In this document: positions 61,473-64,000 of the stretch, one piece after another | Numbering within the stretch: position 1 is the first letter of the stretch | How the letters are laid out: every line of letters starts with the position of its first letter | From: a phage | Reading direction: 5' to 3' (one strand) | Sequence record: OR896157.1 | DNA: 64,000 nucleotides | Program-made: the position numbers and the translations under genes | The notes under the pieces: model-generated | What the model was told of the DNA's origin: nothing | Seen by the model: only the letters and a program-made list of their open reading frames with translations | Database searches by the model: none

Positions 61473-61664
61473 CTACATTAAAAGTTGCGTTTCATTTAAT
61501 TGCTCTTCTGCGCTTTCGCTTACCGGCAATTCAATCGCATAATTATAACAAGCACCTGGATGAACAGGGCCTTTATCTGTTTCAACAACCAACGCCGAAT
61601 CAATCGGTTGCTTACAGACAGCACAAATCTTTTCAGACATGATTGTCTCCTCAGTTATTAACAA
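61473..61664 (-). CDS. hypothetical small Cys-containing protein
   Basis: 63 aa, CxxC plus two further Cys/His. Confidence 0.45.
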   Translation of the reverse strand: MLITEETIMSEKICAVCKQPIDSALVVETDKGPVHPGACYNYAIELPVSESAEEQLNETQLLM

Positions 61665-61673
61665 TTCTATTTA

Positions 61674-62093
61674 TTAGTCACCTGCTTCAAACCTACGCAT
61701 ATCAATAATATGCTTGATTGAGAATCCACGAGATTTGATAGCATCCATCGCATCACGACAGAACTCCAACAAAATACCCCAATATTGCAAACTTGTATCA
61801 ATACGAAGAACTTCTTTATCAGCAGACAGAACAGTCTTCATTTCGGACTTTTCATAACGGTCCATGCTGAACTCGTCACCATCGCCTCTGCCTGTGTAAT
61901 AATCCAACTTCTGCTTTAACGCGGACTTCTTCGAAGCCTCGATGCGAAGCATTTCTTTACGAATAGCAGACAATTTTGTCAACCATTTACCATAAAGAAC
62001 TGGATTATTAGCTGCTTCATACTGCAATTTAGTTGAATCAATAATCAAATCTTGTTTCAACTCTTCCTGTAAATCTTCAAGCTTCATAATCAC
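61674..62093 (-). CDS. uvsY: UvsY recombination mediator
   Basis: LEDLQEELK...TKLQYEAANN...FSMDRYEKSEMKTVLSADK very close to T4 UvsY. Confidence 0.95.
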   Translation of the reverse strand: MIMKLEDLQEELKQDLIIDSTKLQYEAANNPVLYGKWLTKLSAIRKEMLRIEASKKSALKQKLDYYTGRGDGDEFSMDRYEKSEMKTVLSADKEVLRIDTSLQYWGILLEFCRDAMDAIKSRGFSIKHIIDMRRFEAGD

Positions 62094-62163
62094 CTTTCTT
62101 TGTTCAATTTGTTACTCTAGCAAGGAACTCAAAACCATTATAACCATCTTGAAATGAAAGCGA

Positions 62164-62562
62164 TTAGTTACGGCTTGAGCTTGCCAACTGAAGCTTAATC
62201 TGCTCAAGGTCGTCCGGGTTGTCAACTACAGAGAACCGAACTTCAACGATAAGCGTATGGTCATCGTAAACCGGAGTAACATTCACTTGTAGACGACGGA
62301 CTCGCGGTTCATAGTTTCTTATAGCAGATATGATATTTCGTTCTACTGTATCAGCTGTCAGAGGAGTCATGTTCTCGAAAAGCTGGTCTTGTAAATCACA
62401 CCCAAAGTTAGGGTCGAATGGACGGCTTCCCTTTCTTGTTGTTATAATACCTAAAAGAGAGTTTTTAATTGCTCGTAACCCACGAGCACGTGCCACGTCT
62501 TTGGACCAATCCATTTTAAGTTCAGGGTCCAAATCCGAATAAAGGTCATTTATATTTGCCAT
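62164..62562 (-). CDS. 25: gp25 baseplate wedge protein
   Basis: 132 aa; SLLGIITTRKGSRPFDP.FGCDL..QLFENMTPLTADTVERNI nearly identical to T4 gp25. Confidence 0.95.
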   Translation of the reverse strand: MANINDLYSDLDPELKMDWSKDVARARGLRAIKNSLLGIITTRKGSRPFDPNFGCDLQDQLFENMTPLTADTVERNIISAIRNYEPRVRRLQVNVTPVYDDHTLIVEVRFSVVDNPDDLEQIKLQLASSSRN

Positions 62563-63191
62563 TACAGATACCTGAAGAATTCTTTAAGGCCTTTAATCAC
62601 TTCAACGTGAGTTGCTCCGCATTTCTGACATTTCACAGGAACTGCTAGATAAACGGTAGGCTTTAAAAGCATATTTTTGATGCGGATAATATCCTCTTCA
62701 GTGATAGCTGAGTAAAGGTCATCGATTTCTTTGTCATTCAAATCTTCGATTGAAATGGTTTCACCATTCACATAGATGTACTCGATGCACGTAGCAATCA
62801 TCTGTGCGATGTTCTTATCATCGAATAATTTTGGATAACGAAGCTTAAGTTTAAAATTCGCTAGAGGATACCAGAGTTCCTCTGGTTCATCGATTTGTGC
62901 AGATGTAAAGTTAATCGGTGTTAATGTTTCGTGACCTTCTGGACATATCCAGATGTTCTCATGATTAACCTCACCTAATGAGTGAGACCATAACTGAATC
63001 AGCAGAAGTTCTGATTCTTGCTTGTTAAGGTTTTTCGCTGATGTACAATTATTAATCAGCCGTTTTACTACTTCATCAATGTTTCCATTGATTTTGCCAT
63101 CGATGAGCTCTTTGTATTCTTCTAACGTAAAAGCTCTGCATTGAATATCAGAGCCATTAATCTGGACTTCAAATTTGTAATCGTAGTTCAT
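62562..63191 (-). CDS. 26: gp26 baseplate hub protein
   Basis: 209 aa, synteny. Confidence 0.75.
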   Translation of the reverse strand: MNYDYKFEVQINGSDIQCRAFTLEEYKELIDGKINGNIDEVVKRLINNCTSAKNLNKQESELLLIQLWSHSLGEVNHENIWICPEGHETLTPINFTSAQIDEPEELWYPLANFKLKLRYPKLFDDKNIAQMIATCIEYIYVNGETISIEDLNDKEIDDLYSAITEEDIIRIKNMLLKPTVYLAVPVKCQKCGATHVEVIKGLKEFFRYL

Positions 63192-63208
63192 ATTAGCTCC
63201 TTACGGAC

Positions 63209-63220
63209 TATTTATAAATA
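63209..63220. promoter_or_regulatory. divergent overlapping late promoters (TATAAATA on both strands)
   Basis: ctatttataaata contains the motif in both orientations between genes 26 and 51. Confidence 0.55.
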
Positions 63221-63240
63221 TTTCAATAAAGGAGACCTCT

Positions 63241-63993
63241 ATGGCCAATATAATTCGTTGTGTACTACCGGACGGGGTCCATCGTTTTAAACCCTTCACG
63301 GTAGCTGATTACAGAGATTTTCTTCTGGTTCGTAACGACATGCAACACAAAACTTACGAAGAGCAGAAGGTGATTATAAAAGAACTTTTAGCTGATTACT
63401 TTGGTGAATATCCAGAGACTTTACGTCCATACATGTTCATGAAGGTATTCACTGGCTCAATCGGTAAAACAAAAATTCCGGTGGCTTTCACTTGTCCGAC
63501 TTGCGAAAAACAAAAGCAAGTTCTGTTTGATATCAGTCAAGAGGATTTGGTTGAACCGACAATCGAAGTAGCTGGAATCACAATAGCTTTTAAATTTCCT
63601 GAGAGGGAATATGAAGATAAAGCTGCAATGATTTACGATTGCATTAAAGCAATTAAATACAACAATCAATGGTATCCTTGGAAAGAGATGTCAGAAGACA
63701 ACCAAATCCAAGTAATAGAAGCAATTGACTTCACAACGTTTGAAAAGATTTACACTCAATTAACTCCGATGAGATTTGAGCTTAAGATGAAATGTTGTGA
63801 GTTGAGAACAAACGTGTATGAAGACATTTTATCAGTCTTTAAGCTTCTGATAAACCCGGATGAAATTTTTAGCTTCTACCAAATCAATCACACTCTTGTT
63901 AAAAGTTCATACGATTTGAATAGTATAATGGGTATGATTCCAATCGAGCGAAGCATCGCCCTTTCGTTAGTAGAGAAGGACAATAAGAAATGA
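63241..63993 (+). CDS. 51: gp51 baseplate hub assembly protein
   Basis: 250 aa, synteny. Confidence 0.7.
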   Translation: MANIIRCVLPDGVHRFKPFTVADYRDFLLVRNDMQHKTYEEQKVIIKELLADYFGEYPETLRPYMFMKVFTGSIGKTKIPVAFTCPTCEKQKQVLFDISQEDLVEPTIEVAGITIAFKFPEREYEDKAAMIYDCIKAIKYNNQWYPWKEMSEDNQIQVIEAIDFTTFEKIYTQLTPMRFELKMKCCELRTNVYEDILSVFKLLINPDEIFSFYQINHTLVKSSYDLNSIMGMIPIERSIALSLVEKDNKK

Positions 63994-64000
63994 CAGTACT

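Overview
This window reads as a contiguous piece of a T4-like (Tevenvirinae-type) myovirus genome; all calls are by eye from the sequence and ORF track, with no searches run. Coordinates 1-24880 are minus-strand early/accessory genes (tk, a macro-domain protein, a possible regB, ip, e lysozyme, nudE, many small hypothetical ORFs), with a cluster of about 20 tRNA genes plus tRNA-like RNAs at 14.8-20.2 kb interrupted by a small gene island and a homing-endonuclease-like gene, followed by ipI-57B-57A-1-3-2-4. From 24930 the plus strand carries the canonical late structural module (53, 5, 5.1, 5.4, 6-12, wac, 13-24), then rnlB, hoc, inh (minus) and uvsW, uvsY, 25, 26, 51. No CRISPR array, integrase or transposon was seen. 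The most interesting signals are accessory: two class-II-shaped tRNAs with Cys and Asn anticodons, tRNA-like stable RNAs, an NADAR-domain plus a macro-domain protein (candidate anti-ADP-ribosylation counter-defence), a GC-rich structured non-coding region, a capsid-targeting-sequence protein with an Ala/Pro/Lys-rich linker, and a duplicated hairpin-containing regulatory cassette. I did not find a clearly delineated new multi-gene system; the candidates above are the places to look.
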